Positions 38,264-47,355 of a DNA stretch of 64,000 nt are shown here, piece after piece. Source of the stretch: Candidatus Gastranaerophilales bacterium (lineage in GTDB: Bacteria; Cyanobacteriota; Vampirovibrionia; Gastranaerophilales; Gastranaerophilaceae). A model generated the notes under the pieces. It had not been told where the DNA came from. It saw only the letters and a program-made list of their open reading frames with translations, and did no database searches. The DNA lies in contig CALUUK010000001.1 in NCBI GenBank assembly GCA_944323955.1, positions 312,314 to 376,313 on the forward strand. The letters run 5' to 3'. Every line of letters begins with the position of its first letter. The stretch's first letter is position 1. Made by a program: the position numbers and the translations under genes.

Positions 38264-41026
38264 ATGTCTTCAGAATTTAGTTTTAGCTGGTTAAATCAAA
38301 TGCTGAAAAATAGTGGAGAAAGTAGTATTAATAGCGCACAATATGCCAGAATTTTCCAAGAAGCTAATTCAAAAGATGGTGAAGAAGTAGATGAAATTAT
38401 TACTTTTGAGGAGTTCTGCACTGCTGCTGAGAGTGTGCTTACTCAATCACAAATAACAGCTATCGAAAACGAATATAGTGATGCTTTTAACGCGCTGGCA
38501 AATTATGATGGTGAAGAAGGTATCTCGTTACAAGAAGACTTAACTGCACAATCAGAAAATGAAAAAGGTATTGCTGATAGGAATATACAAACTGCAGCTG
38601 AAAAAATGACAGCTTCAAACTCCGAAAATAACTATGCAAATAGCGAAGAATATAAAAACAGAGCAAATAAAACACCAATTGCCCTTAGCAGCGGAACAAC
38701 ACCGACCGTCGAAGCAATAAAAGCAAATGATATAATGAACCAGGGAAAAGATGTAAATACTTTACGTCAGGAAAGAAGTGATATATCCAATCAAATAGAA
38801 ATGCAAAGAACCGAGATGGAAGCAGCAAAAGCAGAAAAACAAGAAGCTGTTGACACTGCAGAAGATGCTTACCAAACGAGGTTGAATTCATATGCAGAAG
38901 CAATTTCTTCAAAAGAAGAAGAACTGTCACAGACAGAACAACAATATGTTGAGCTGAAAGCTGACAGAGACGAAAAAAATACACAAATAAATGATCAAAA
39001 AAGCGTAATTACTGATTTAAAATCGGGAGTAGATTCACAAAAGACCGCTATTTCATCAATAGATAACCAATTAGCAAATCATTTGGCACAAGAACCTCAG
39101 CGATCATCTTTTACAAAAGAGGTGAAGAATGAGGATGGTGAAATTGAAAAAGTCGAAGATAAGGACGCATTTGACCAAGAACACGAAAAATGGGTTCAAC
39201 AAAAAAATACACTTGAGGAACAGAAAAGAGAAGCAGAAGATAAACTCTCAGAATACGAACAGCAATTAGGAGAAGCTGAAAATGCTTTGAAGGTTCTTGA
39301 GCAAGAATTAGAAGAAATAGATTCTCAGATTAACAATATGCAAGAAAGTTTAATTAAAGGCTTGGAAGAAGACTTGATAACGAATGGCTCGCTAGAGGCT
39401 CAAGAACCGTCTTTAGAGGTCTTAAAGTCAAATCTTGATAATGCAAAAAATGCATTAGAAAATGTTACAGCGCCATTTGAAGCAAATATAGCACAACTGC
39501 AACAAAATCTTGCAGAATACGATACCGCAATTTCTCAAGCTGAAAACAGCATTGAACCAACAGACGGAATGGAGCGACTTGGAGAATACACAAATACTTA
39601 TTTAGATGCAACAAGAGCAGGAACTGATGATATTTTATCTTCAAATTCCGTAACATTAGAAGAAGACGAACAAGAAGAATATCTGAAAGAATACCTTGGA
39701 GAAGGTAATTTTGGTGAAGTTATACAAGAAGGATCCAACTATTATACAAAAGTTAACGATGACGGAACAACAGATTGTTTCAAAGTTGTCAATGACCACG
39801 GTGAAGTTAAAATAATTCATACAAATATTCCTAATACAGGTGATCCGACAACAGAAGTATTTGGTGTCGATCCGTTAAAAGATGAAAACGGAGAAGAAAG
39901 GACATATTCTGTATATGCTACAAGCAAAGAAGGGGTATTACTTGATGATCAAATACAAAAACTTGCAGATGAAATAACACAAGACGGTAAAATTCCTGAT
40001 GATTTCGATTTGAGCAGTCTGAGTGCATATGGTCTGTCTTCATTAATTGAAAAGTATGGCGATGGTGAAAAATTCGCAAATGAATTTCTTGCAGATATGG
40101 ACTCCGAATATCTTGAAAATATAATAAAAGATTTAAAACAAATTATAGGTGCAAGAGCAAGGAGAGAAATATCTACGCCTCAAACAGAAGCAGCTCTTGA
40201 CAACTTGAGATTAAAATCGGGCGAAATTATAAGTCAAAATGGAAATGAATATTTAGATAGAATTGAAACTTTAGATCAAGACATTTTCGGTATTACAGAT
40301 GAGGATAAAAATGGACTCTATCAGGAAATAGTCGACGAAATTTTATCTGATAATGAACTACATCCTGAAGAAATTACCACTTTATTGAAAAAAATAGCAG
40401 AAAACGATAATGCAAATGTCACATTTAACACAAGAAGTGATGGGTTTATAGAGCTGCTCAATCAAACATATAATGGAAATAATCTGGATGATGTTTTAGA
40501 ATTAGCAAGTTGGTTTACTGAAAAAGGAGAAGAACAAATTTTCCCAAATGATACATCTAACCATAGAGATACTACCCAAGCAAATTATATTGAATTGATT
40601 TCAAGTCTATATGAAAATGCAACATCACAAGAAGAAATCAATAGAATTAATGAAACATTCTCTGATTTTCCGTCTATTCTTCAAGAACGATATATGTTTG
40701 GAGAAGAAACAACAAAAATAAATAATTTATTTAATAGTATATATAATGCTGCAACAAAAGATGAAAGTAATAAATACAAAACAGACTCTGCTGTTGAAGA
40801 AATATGGGAACAAAAGTATGGTTCTCCGGGATCTGATACATTCTTTGATGTGCTAGAAGATTACGAAGCAGGAAATCCCAATGACTATATAAGTGCTCTT
40901 ATGTGGGCCTGCGAGGGAGATCTAAATAACTTCACCAACTATTTTAGAGATGTATCCTCTTATAATCAGAAAAAATATTTGCCAATAATATTAGAAGCCT
41001 TTGGAGGCAGTTGGAAAGAAGAATAG
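38264..41026 (+). CDS. Large acidic coiled-coil protein, function unknown
   Basis: AAGGAG lies 7 nt before the ATG at 38264. 920 aa, very Glu/Asp/Gln-rich, with a long heptad-like segment (about aa 160-430). I see no signal peptide or TM segment. Confidence 0.6.
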   Translation: MSSEFSFSWLNQMLKNSGESSINSAQYARIFQEANSKDGEEVDEIITFEEFCTAAESVLTQSQITAIENEYSDAFNALANYDGEEGISLQEDLTAQSENEKGIADRNIQTAAEKMTASNSENNYANSEEYKNRANKTPIALSSGTTPTVEAIKANDIMNQGKDVNTLRQERSDISNQIEMQRTEMEAAKAEKQEAVDTAEDAYQTRLNSYAEAISSKEEELSQTEQQYVELKADRDEKNTQINDQKSVITDLKSGVDSQKTAISSIDNQLANHLAQEPQRSSFTKEVKNEDGEIEKVEDKDAFDQEHEKWVQQKNTLEEQKREAEDKLSEYEQQLGEAENALKVLEQELEEIDSQINNMQESLIKGLEEDLITNGSLEAQEPSLEVLKSNLDNAKNALENVTAPFEANIAQLQQNLAEYDTAISQAENSIEPTDGMERLGEYTNTYLDATRAGTDDILSSNSVTLEEDEQEEYLKEYLGEGNFGEVIQEGSNYYTKVNDDGTTDCFKVVNDHGEVKIIHTNIPNTGDPTTEVFGVDPLKDENGEERTYSVYATSKEGVLLDDQIQKLADEITQDGKIPDDFDLSSLSAYGLSSLIEKYGDGEKFANEFLADMDSEYLENIIKDLKQIIGARARREISTPQTEAALDNLRLKSGEIISQNGNEYLDRIETLDQDIFGITDEDKNGLYQEIVDEILSDNELHPEEITTLLKKIAENDNANVTFNTRSDGFIELLNQTYNGNNLDDVLELASWFTEKGEEQIFPNDTSNHRDTTQANYIELISSLYENATSQEEINRINETFSDFPSILQERYMFGEETTKINNLFNSIYNAATKDESNKYKTDSAVEEIWEQKYGSPGSDTFFDVLEDYEAGNPNDYISALMWACEGDLNNFTNYFRDVSSYNQKKYLPIILEAFGGSWKEE

Positions 41027-41035
41027 CATACATTA

Positions 41036-41066
41036 CAAAACAGGATACTTTTGTATCCTGTTTTTA
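41036..41066. terminator. Bidirectional rho-independent terminator between convergent genes
   Basis: acaggatac (41040-41048) pairs with gtatcctgt (41053-41061), flanked by an A-run and a T-run. Confidence 0.8.
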
Positions 41067-42608
41067 TTAAAAAAGTAAATCCGGTATTTTAATCAGCCTA
41101 TCAACTGTTGACATCGGTCTTTTCAACATCTCTTGTTTTTCATAAGTCATATTTTCGATTTTATTTTTCAATTTTTTTATTGTTTTTTTGTTTTTATCGG
41201 GAGCTTTTGAAAGTTTAAGAACCCTGTTTCTAATTGCAGCATATTGAGTAAGATATATTAAATCCGCCCATACTTCTTTTTCAGGATTATCAGCATAATA
41301 GTCAGAGCGAGGTCCGTCCCACTGTCTATAGTTTTCTTCAGATGAAGAATTAAAAATATCTTCCATTTCCTGAACAGTATACAATCCTTTATCTATTATT
41401 GTCTGTACAATATCAGTTTTAGGAAGAAAAGACAATCCGTGAATTTGAAGATTAAAAGGGGATGCCAATTGAAGACACAAATCAAATGTTTCTTTAATCT
41501 CACTTACGCTTTCTAAAACATGACAAATAATCAGGTCGTAATACACTTCCAACAAGGGATAAGAACTTAATATCTTACTGGCTTTTATTATTTGTTCATT
41601 CGTCTCGGGTCGTTTAAAAATTTTATTTCGTACATGTGATGAACCGGATTGAAATCCGACAATTATTCTTCTTAACCCGGCATCAACAAGCATACCCAAT
41701 TCTTCTTTTTTTATAAGAAGAGGATGTCCCCATATTACAAATCTTAGACCTATTTTTTCTTTATATTTTATTGAAAATTCCTCAATCCACTCTTTATTTG
41801 TTGTAAAAACCTCATCCCAGAACCTTATTTCTTTTATATTAGGATTTTTTTGCACGGCTTCTGACAATTCTGCTATAACACTGTCAACGCTTCTGAAACG
41901 AAAATATTTACCATTTCCCCTATAAATATCTCTTAGTTTTGATGAAGAGCAATAAGAACAGCTAAACGGACAACCTCTTGAACAACTTATTTCATAAAAA
42001 TCAGTATTTAATGAAGGATTACAATTAACTACTTTATTAGAATCAATAAAATATATTTCTTCATTGCTAATATTAGAATAACTAATAGAATCAAGGTCTT
42101 GAATTAAAGGTGTAAGCATGTTCTCATGATAATTTTTATTTTGATCATAGTAACATATATTGGGAAGGTTTCGCCATTCACCACCTTTTTGAAGTGTTTC
42201 AGCCAATTTTACTATTGCAATTTCACCTTCACCTCTTACCAGAATATCACAGTATTTTGCACATTTTTCAGGGCATAGTGTCGGATATATTCCACCCCAA
42301 ACAATGGGAACATTTATGTTTTTTTTGATTATTTCATTAACTTTACATATTTCTGAAAGTATATATGAAGACAGAATGCTTAACCCTACAAATAGATATT
42401 TTTTCTTTTTAAGAATATCAAGCAAAAATCTCAATTCAATATCCGTAGAATATTGGGAACTATATATGTTTGACTTAAAGAAAACAATAGTAGGCTCAAA
42501 TCCGTTAGATTTTAAACACTGAGCTAAACATCTGATTCCCAAAGATTTATCATTATGTAATGTTATTAGTAATACATTATTACAATTTTTATTATTCAAA
42601 TATACCAC
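41067..42608 (-). CDS. Cobalamin-binding-domain radical SAM protein, array paralog 7
   Basis: PIVWGGIYPTLCPEKCAKYCDILVRGEGE; SCSRGCPFSCSYCSSS; IRFWDEVF; GFQSGSSHVRNKIFKRPETNEQII; VWADLIYLTQY. GTG start 1 nt after the upstream stop. Confidence 0.85.
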   Translation of the reverse strand: MVYLNNKNCNNVLLITLHNDKSLGIRCLAQCLKSNGFEPTIVFFKSNIYSSQYSTDIELRFLLDILKKKKYLFVGLSILSSYILSEICKVNEIIKKNINVPIVWGGIYPTLCPEKCAKYCDILVRGEGEIAIVKLAETLQKGGEWRNLPNICYYDQNKNYHENMLTPLIQDLDSISYSNISNEEIYFIDSNKVVNCNPSLNTDFYEISCSRGCPFSCSYCSSSKLRDIYRGNGKYFRFRSVDSVIAELSEAVQKNPNIKEIRFWDEVFTTNKEWIEEFSIKYKEKIGLRFVIWGHPLLIKKEELGMLVDAGLRRIIVGFQSGSSHVRNKIFKRPETNEQIIKASKILSSYPLLEVYYDLIICHVLESVSEIKETFDLCLQLASPFNLQIHGLSFLPKTDIVQTIIDKGLYTVQEMEDIFNSSSEENYRQWDGPRSDYYADNPEKEVWADLIYLTQYAAIRNRVLKLSKAPDKNKKTIKKLKNKIENMTYEKQEMLKRPMSTVDRLIKIPDLLF

Positions 42609-42609
42609 C

Positions 42610-44187
42610 TTATTTAAAATAGAACAAAATAAATAATTTCAGCTTAATTATAAATAACTTTATACCTTTTACATTTCTCCCGCCTTTCAAAAAATTTTGA
42701 TATTCAAGAGATAAAGAATTAATTATGTTTTTTAACTTATCAATTTTACCGGCATTATTAATAGCATTTTTAGCAAGATTTAAAACTTTTTTTCGCAATA
42801 CATAAAATTGAGAAAGAAAAATTAAGTCAGCCCATACTTTTTTCTCCGGATTATCAGCATAATAATCAGATCTGGGGCCATTCCATTGTTTGTAGTTTTC
42901 TTCAAATGAAGAATTAAATATATTTTCTAATTCAGTTTTAGAATATACGCCCTGCTCTATCATTGTGTTTACAATATCTGTTTTTGGAAGAAAAGATAAA
43001 CCGTGAATCTGTAGTCCAAAAGGCGGAGCCAATTTGAGACATAAATCAAATGTTTCTTTAAGTTCATCTACATTTTCTAACGGGTGACAAATTATCAAAT
43101 CATAATAAACTTCAAGCAATGGATATGAACTTAATATTCTACTTATTTCAATTATCTGTTCATTTGTTTCAAAACGATTAAAAACATTGTTTCTTATGCG
43201 GGGAGAGCCTGATTGAAATCCGATAGTTATTCTTCTTAACCCGGCATCAACAAGCATACCCAATTCTTCTTTTTTTATAAGAAGAGGATGTCCCCATATT
43301 ACAAATCTAATACCAATTTCTTTTTTATATTGTCTTGAGAAATCTTGAACCCAATCTTTACGAACCGGAAAAACTTCATCCCAAAATCTAACTTCCTTAA
43401 TATCAGGATTTTTTTGAATCGCCTCTTTTATTTCAGAAATTACACTATTAACACTTCTATGACGAATATACTTACCTTTGCCTTTATAAACATTTCTTAA
43501 TTTTGATGAAGAACAGTAGGAGCAAGAAAACGGGCACCCACGGCCGATACATAATTCATAAGAATCCCACTCGCGCGGAAAAAGTTTATAAGATTCTACA
43601 TTGCCATTAAAAATTTCATTTCCTTCAACAAAAAAAATATTTTTATATGGAATAGAAGAATAGCCGATAATATCAAGGTCTTGAATTAATGGAGCAAGAT
43701 CATTTTCTATATAATGTCCGTTTTCATCATAGTAGCATATATTTTGAAGATTTTTCCAGTCTTCGCCTTTTTGTAAGGTTTCAGACAACTTTAACATTGC
43801 GATCTCACCTTCACCTCTTACCAGAATATCACAGTATTTTGCACATTCTTCAGGGCATAGTGTCGGATATATTCCACCCCAAACAATGGGAATATTAAAG
43901 TTTTTCTTGATCATATCATTTATTTTGTGAACTTCTGAAAGTGTATATGATGAAAGTATACTTAATCCTACAAATAAAAAATTATTTCTATAAATAAGAT
44001 TAAAGACAAGGTCAATTTCTTTTTCTGTAATTGAAGTAGGGTTAGTCGGGGATGTTTTTATGAAACAAATAACAGGGTCGAAACCGTTTTTTAAAAGATA
44101 ATTCGAGATATTTTTTACCCCAATTGATTTTTCACAATAAAATGCAATTAATAATATTTTATTATTTATGTTTAAAGGCATTTCCAT
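42610..44187 (-). CDS. Cobalamin-binding-domain radical SAM protein, array paralog 6
   Basis: PIVWGGIYPTLCPEECAKYCDILVRGEGE; GRGCPFSCSYCSSS; VRFWDEVF; GFQSGSPRIRNNVFNRFETNEQII; VWADLIFLSQF. Confidence 0.85.
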   Translation of the reverse strand: MEMPLNINNKILLIAFYCEKSIGVKNISNYLLKNGFDPVICFIKTSPTNPTSITEKEIDLVFNLIYRNNFLFVGLSILSSYTLSEVHKINDMIKKNFNIPIVWGGIYPTLCPEECAKYCDILVRGEGEIAMLKLSETLQKGEDWKNLQNICYYDENGHYIENDLAPLIQDLDIIGYSSIPYKNIFFVEGNEIFNGNVESYKLFPREWDSYELCIGRGCPFSCSYCSSSKLRNVYKGKGKYIRHRSVNSVISEIKEAIQKNPDIKEVRFWDEVFPVRKDWVQDFSRQYKKEIGIRFVIWGHPLLIKKEELGMLVDAGLRRITIGFQSGSPRIRNNVFNRFETNEQIIEISRILSSYPLLEVYYDLIICHPLENVDELKETFDLCLKLAPPFGLQIHGLSFLPKTDIVNTMIEQGVYSKTELENIFNSSFEENYKQWNGPRSDYYADNPEKKVWADLIFLSQFYVLRKKVLNLAKNAINNAGKIDKLKNIINSLSLEYQNFLKGGRNVKGIKLFIIKLKLFILFYFK

Positions 44188-44188
44188 T

Positions 44189-45772
44189 TTAGATTTTCTC
44201 TTTCTTGTTTATAGAATTAAAAAAAGAATTAGTATAATACATAAAAATATTCAATGACCTTGTATATAAATTTTCGTAATCACAAAATTTTATAGCAGAT
44301 AAATGATTATGAATAAATTTTCTTTGTGCTTTAAGTTCATTTATTCTTTTTATATTCTTAAAAGGTGCTACAGCCAAAGAGGCAAGTTCTTGTCTTAATT
44401 CAGGAAATTGAGTTAAATATATAAGAGTAGCCCAAATTTTCTTTTTATAATTTTTATCAAAATAATTTCTTAATGGACCTAATAATAATGTATCTTGTTT
44501 AACAAACGAGGACGTCACTATTTTATTAATTTCATTTTTTGTATAAACACCTCTTTCAAGCAAAAGTTTTAATATTTCAGCACCGGGTAAAATACCTAAC
44601 CCATGTAGTTGTAGCCGGAACGTAGGTTCTAATTTCATACAAAGATCAAATGTTTCTTTTAATTCTTCTAATGTTTCCAGTGGATGACAAACCATTAAAT
44701 CATAATAAATTCTTGGAACTTTGCAAGCACTTAGGATTTTGCTTGCCTGAATAATTTGCTCGTTTGTTTCAGGTCTGTTAAAAATTTTATTTCTTACATT
44801 GGGAGATCCGGATTGAAAACCGACAGCAATAAGATATAATCCTGCATCAACTAATAATTTAATAGTATTTTCTTTAATTGTAAGAGGATGACCAAAAATA
44901 TGAAATTTTAAACCGATTTCTTTTTTAAAACGGTAAGCAAATTCTTCTACCCAATCTTTGCTGGAAGGGAAAACCTCATCCCAAAATCTGATTTCTTTTA
45001 TACCAGGATTTTTTTGAACAGCTTCTTTTAATTCTTTTATAACACTATCAACACTTCTATATCGTAAGAATGCACTTTTATTTTTATAAACCCCCGCCAG
45101 GGCAGAAGCACAACAATATGAACAACTGAAAGGACATCCTCTTGAAGTACTTAATTCATAGAAATCAGTGGTAAGCTGTGGATCAATTTGTTTTGCACTA
45201 TTATAATTAATAACAAACATCTTTTTGTACCCAATCAAAGGATAAGCTATTTCATCCAAATTTGGTTCCGGATTTTCTTGTTCAATCTCAATATATTGGT
45301 CATTTTCATCAAAAAAACAAGCACCTGGAATATTCTTCCAAGATAAATTATTTTGTATTGCTTTTGCCAGTTTTAAAACATTAATTTCGCCATCTCCGCG
45401 TAAAACCAAATCAGCCTTTGTTGCACAATCCTTAGGGCTGGTTGTAGGATACGCTCCTCCCAAAATTAAAGGTATATTGCAATATTCTTGCAGCATTTTA
45501 ATTAGACTATCGACTTCCTGTACAATAGACGAAGAATGCAAATTCAAAGCGACAAATAAATAATTTTCTTTATCAATAATATCTTTCAATAGACCCAATT
45601 CATAATCAGTAATGGCTGAAGAACTATAAAGAGATTCAAATGTTTTAAAAAACACTATAGTAGGGTCAAATCCATTTTTTAAAAGATAATTTGATATATA
45701 GCGGATACCAAGATTCCTCTCGCTGTAAGCAACAATAAGTAATACTTTATTATTCTTTGTATCAGACGACAT
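44189..45772 (-). CDS. Cobalamin-binding-domain radical SAM protein, array paralog 5
   Basis: PLILGGAYPTTSPKDCATKADLVLRGDGE; TSRGCPFSCSYCCAS; IRFWDEVF; GFQSGSPNVRNKIFNRPETNEQII; IWATLIYLTQF. Confidence 0.85.
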   Translation of the reverse strand: MSSDTKNNKVLLIVAYSERNLGIRYISNYLLKNGFDPTIVFFKTFESLYSSSAITDYELGLLKDIIDKENYLFVALNLHSSSIVQEVDSLIKMLQEYCNIPLILGGAYPTTSPKDCATKADLVLRGDGEINVLKLAKAIQNNLSWKNIPGACFFDENDQYIEIEQENPEPNLDEIAYPLIGYKKMFVINYNSAKQIDPQLTTDFYELSTSRGCPFSCSYCCASALAGVYKNKSAFLRYRSVDSVIKELKEAVQKNPGIKEIRFWDEVFPSSKDWVEEFAYRFKKEIGLKFHIFGHPLTIKENTIKLLVDAGLYLIAVGFQSGSPNVRNKIFNRPETNEQIIQASKILSACKVPRIYYDLMVCHPLETLEELKETFDLCMKLEPTFRLQLHGLGILPGAEILKLLLERGVYTKNEINKIVTSSFVKQDTLLLGPLRNYFDKNYKKKIWATLIYLTQFPELRQELASLAVAPFKNIKRINELKAQRKFIHNHLSAIKFCDYENLYTRSLNIFMYYTNSFFNSINKKEKI

Positions 45773-45773
45773 A

Positions 45774-47354
45774 TTAAGTACCTTTAGAGTATCGATGAAA
45801 GATATTTCTTATTTTGTCTATTATATCCCGTAAATCTGTTATATGCAATTTCGCATATTCTCTTTCTTCATATGAAAGTTGTTCCATTTTATTTTTTAAT
45901 GCTTTTATTTTTTGATAATTTGTATATGGATGACGGGATAGTTTAACAACTTGTTTTCTTAACTTAATAAATTGTGTTAAATAAATCAAATCTGCCCAGA
46001 CAATTTTTCGGGGGTTATCCTGATAGTAATCAGCACTTGGACCGTTCCACTGAATAAAATGTTGTTCGAAAGGCGAATCAAAGATTTCTTCCATTTCTTC
46101 TTTTGTATATATACTTCGATCTATTATTGTTTCTATAATATCTGTTTTGGGAAGATAGGATAAACCTCTTATTTGCAATCCAAACGGTTGTTTTAATTTT
46201 AAACACAAATCAAAGGTTTCTTTTAACTCACCTACTGTTTCAAGAACATGACAAATAATAAGGTCATAATAAATTTCAAGTCCTTTATATGAAGTTAATA
46301 TTCGACTGGCCTCAATAATTTTTTCATTAGATTCGGGTCTTTTAAAAATATTATTACGAACATTCGGTGAACCGGATTGAAACCCAAGAGAAATACGTCT
46401 CAAGCCGGCATCATACAACGGTTTAATAGTATCATGTGAAACAAGATAAGGATGTGCCCAAATTGTAAAAGGTAAATCTATCTCTTTTTTATACTTTACG
46501 GAAAATTCTTTTAGCCAATTTTTATCTACGATAAATATTTCATCCCAAAATCTTATTTCTTTTATATTCGGATTTTTCTTTTTTGCTTCTTTTAGTTCTT
46601 CAATAACGTTATCAACACTCCTCATGCGTGCATATTTGCCTTTTCCTTTGTATATATTACGAATTTTAGAAGAAGAACAATATGCACATGAGAAAAAACA
46701 ACCCCTTGACGCAGCTATTTCATAATAATCAGTTTTTAAAAGCTCATCACCTTGCGTAATATTATCATTATCAATATTATAAATATTATCAGAAGATAAC
46801 AACGGATATCCAATCTCATCAAGGTTTTCAATTAATGGGGCAACTTCATTCTCAATATATTGACCATGTTCGTCATAAAAACATATTCCGGGAATTGTTT
46901 TCCAATCAGTACCATTTAAAAAGGCATTTGCTAATTGTACAATCGGAATTTCGCCCTCTCCTTTTATAACAATGTCACAATGTTTAGCACACTTTTCCGG
47001 CAAAAGCGAAGGACAAACCCCACCCCATACAACAGGTACACTTAAAACATTTTTTAGCATGTCATTTATTCTGTATACTTCGGAAAGAGCATAGGAAGAA
47101 AGGATACTAACACCGATAAATAAATAATTTTCTTTTTGAACAAATTCTTTCAACAACTCTATTTCTTTGTCAGTAATAATTTTAGGAAGATTAGGCGACT
47201 TTGGCCATTTATGAACAGAACAAATAATTGGTTCAAAACCGTTCTCCAATAAATGTCTGGAAAGATATCTAACCCCAAAAGCAGTTTCTATATGAGGAGA
47301 AATAAATAAAATTTTATTATTTTTGGAACCTTTTTCATTTTGGATTATTGTCAA
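45774..47354 (-). CDS. Cobalamin-binding-domain radical SAM protein, array paralog 4
   Basis: PVVWGGVCPSLLPEKCAKHCDIVIKGEGE; ASRGCFFSCAYCSSS; IRFWDEIF; GFQSGSPNVRNNIFKRPESNEKII; VWADLIYLTQF. TTG start behind GAGGT. Confidence 0.85.
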   Translation of the reverse strand: MTIIQNEKGSKNNKILFISPHIETAFGVRYLSRHLLENGFEPIICSVHKWPKSPNLPKIITDKEIELLKEFVQKENYLFIGVSILSSYALSEVYRINDMLKNVLSVPVVWGGVCPSLLPEKCAKHCDIVIKGEGEIPIVQLANAFLNGTDWKTIPGICFYDEHGQYIENEVAPLIENLDEIGYPLLSSDNIYNIDNDNITQGDELLKTDYYEIAASRGCFFSCAYCSSSKIRNIYKGKGKYARMRSVDNVIEELKEAKKKNPNIKEIRFWDEIFIVDKNWLKEFSVKYKKEIDLPFTIWAHPYLVSHDTIKPLYDAGLRRISLGFQSGSPNVRNNIFKRPESNEKIIEASRILTSYKGLEIYYDLIICHVLETVGELKETFDLCLKLKQPFGLQIRGLSYLPKTDIIETIIDRSIYTKEEMEEIFDSPFEQHFIQWNGPSADYYQDNPRKIVWADLIYLTQFIKLRKQVVKLSRHPYTNYQKIKALKNKMEQLSYEEREYAKLHITDLRDIIDKIRNIFHRYSKGT

Positions 47355-47355
47355 T

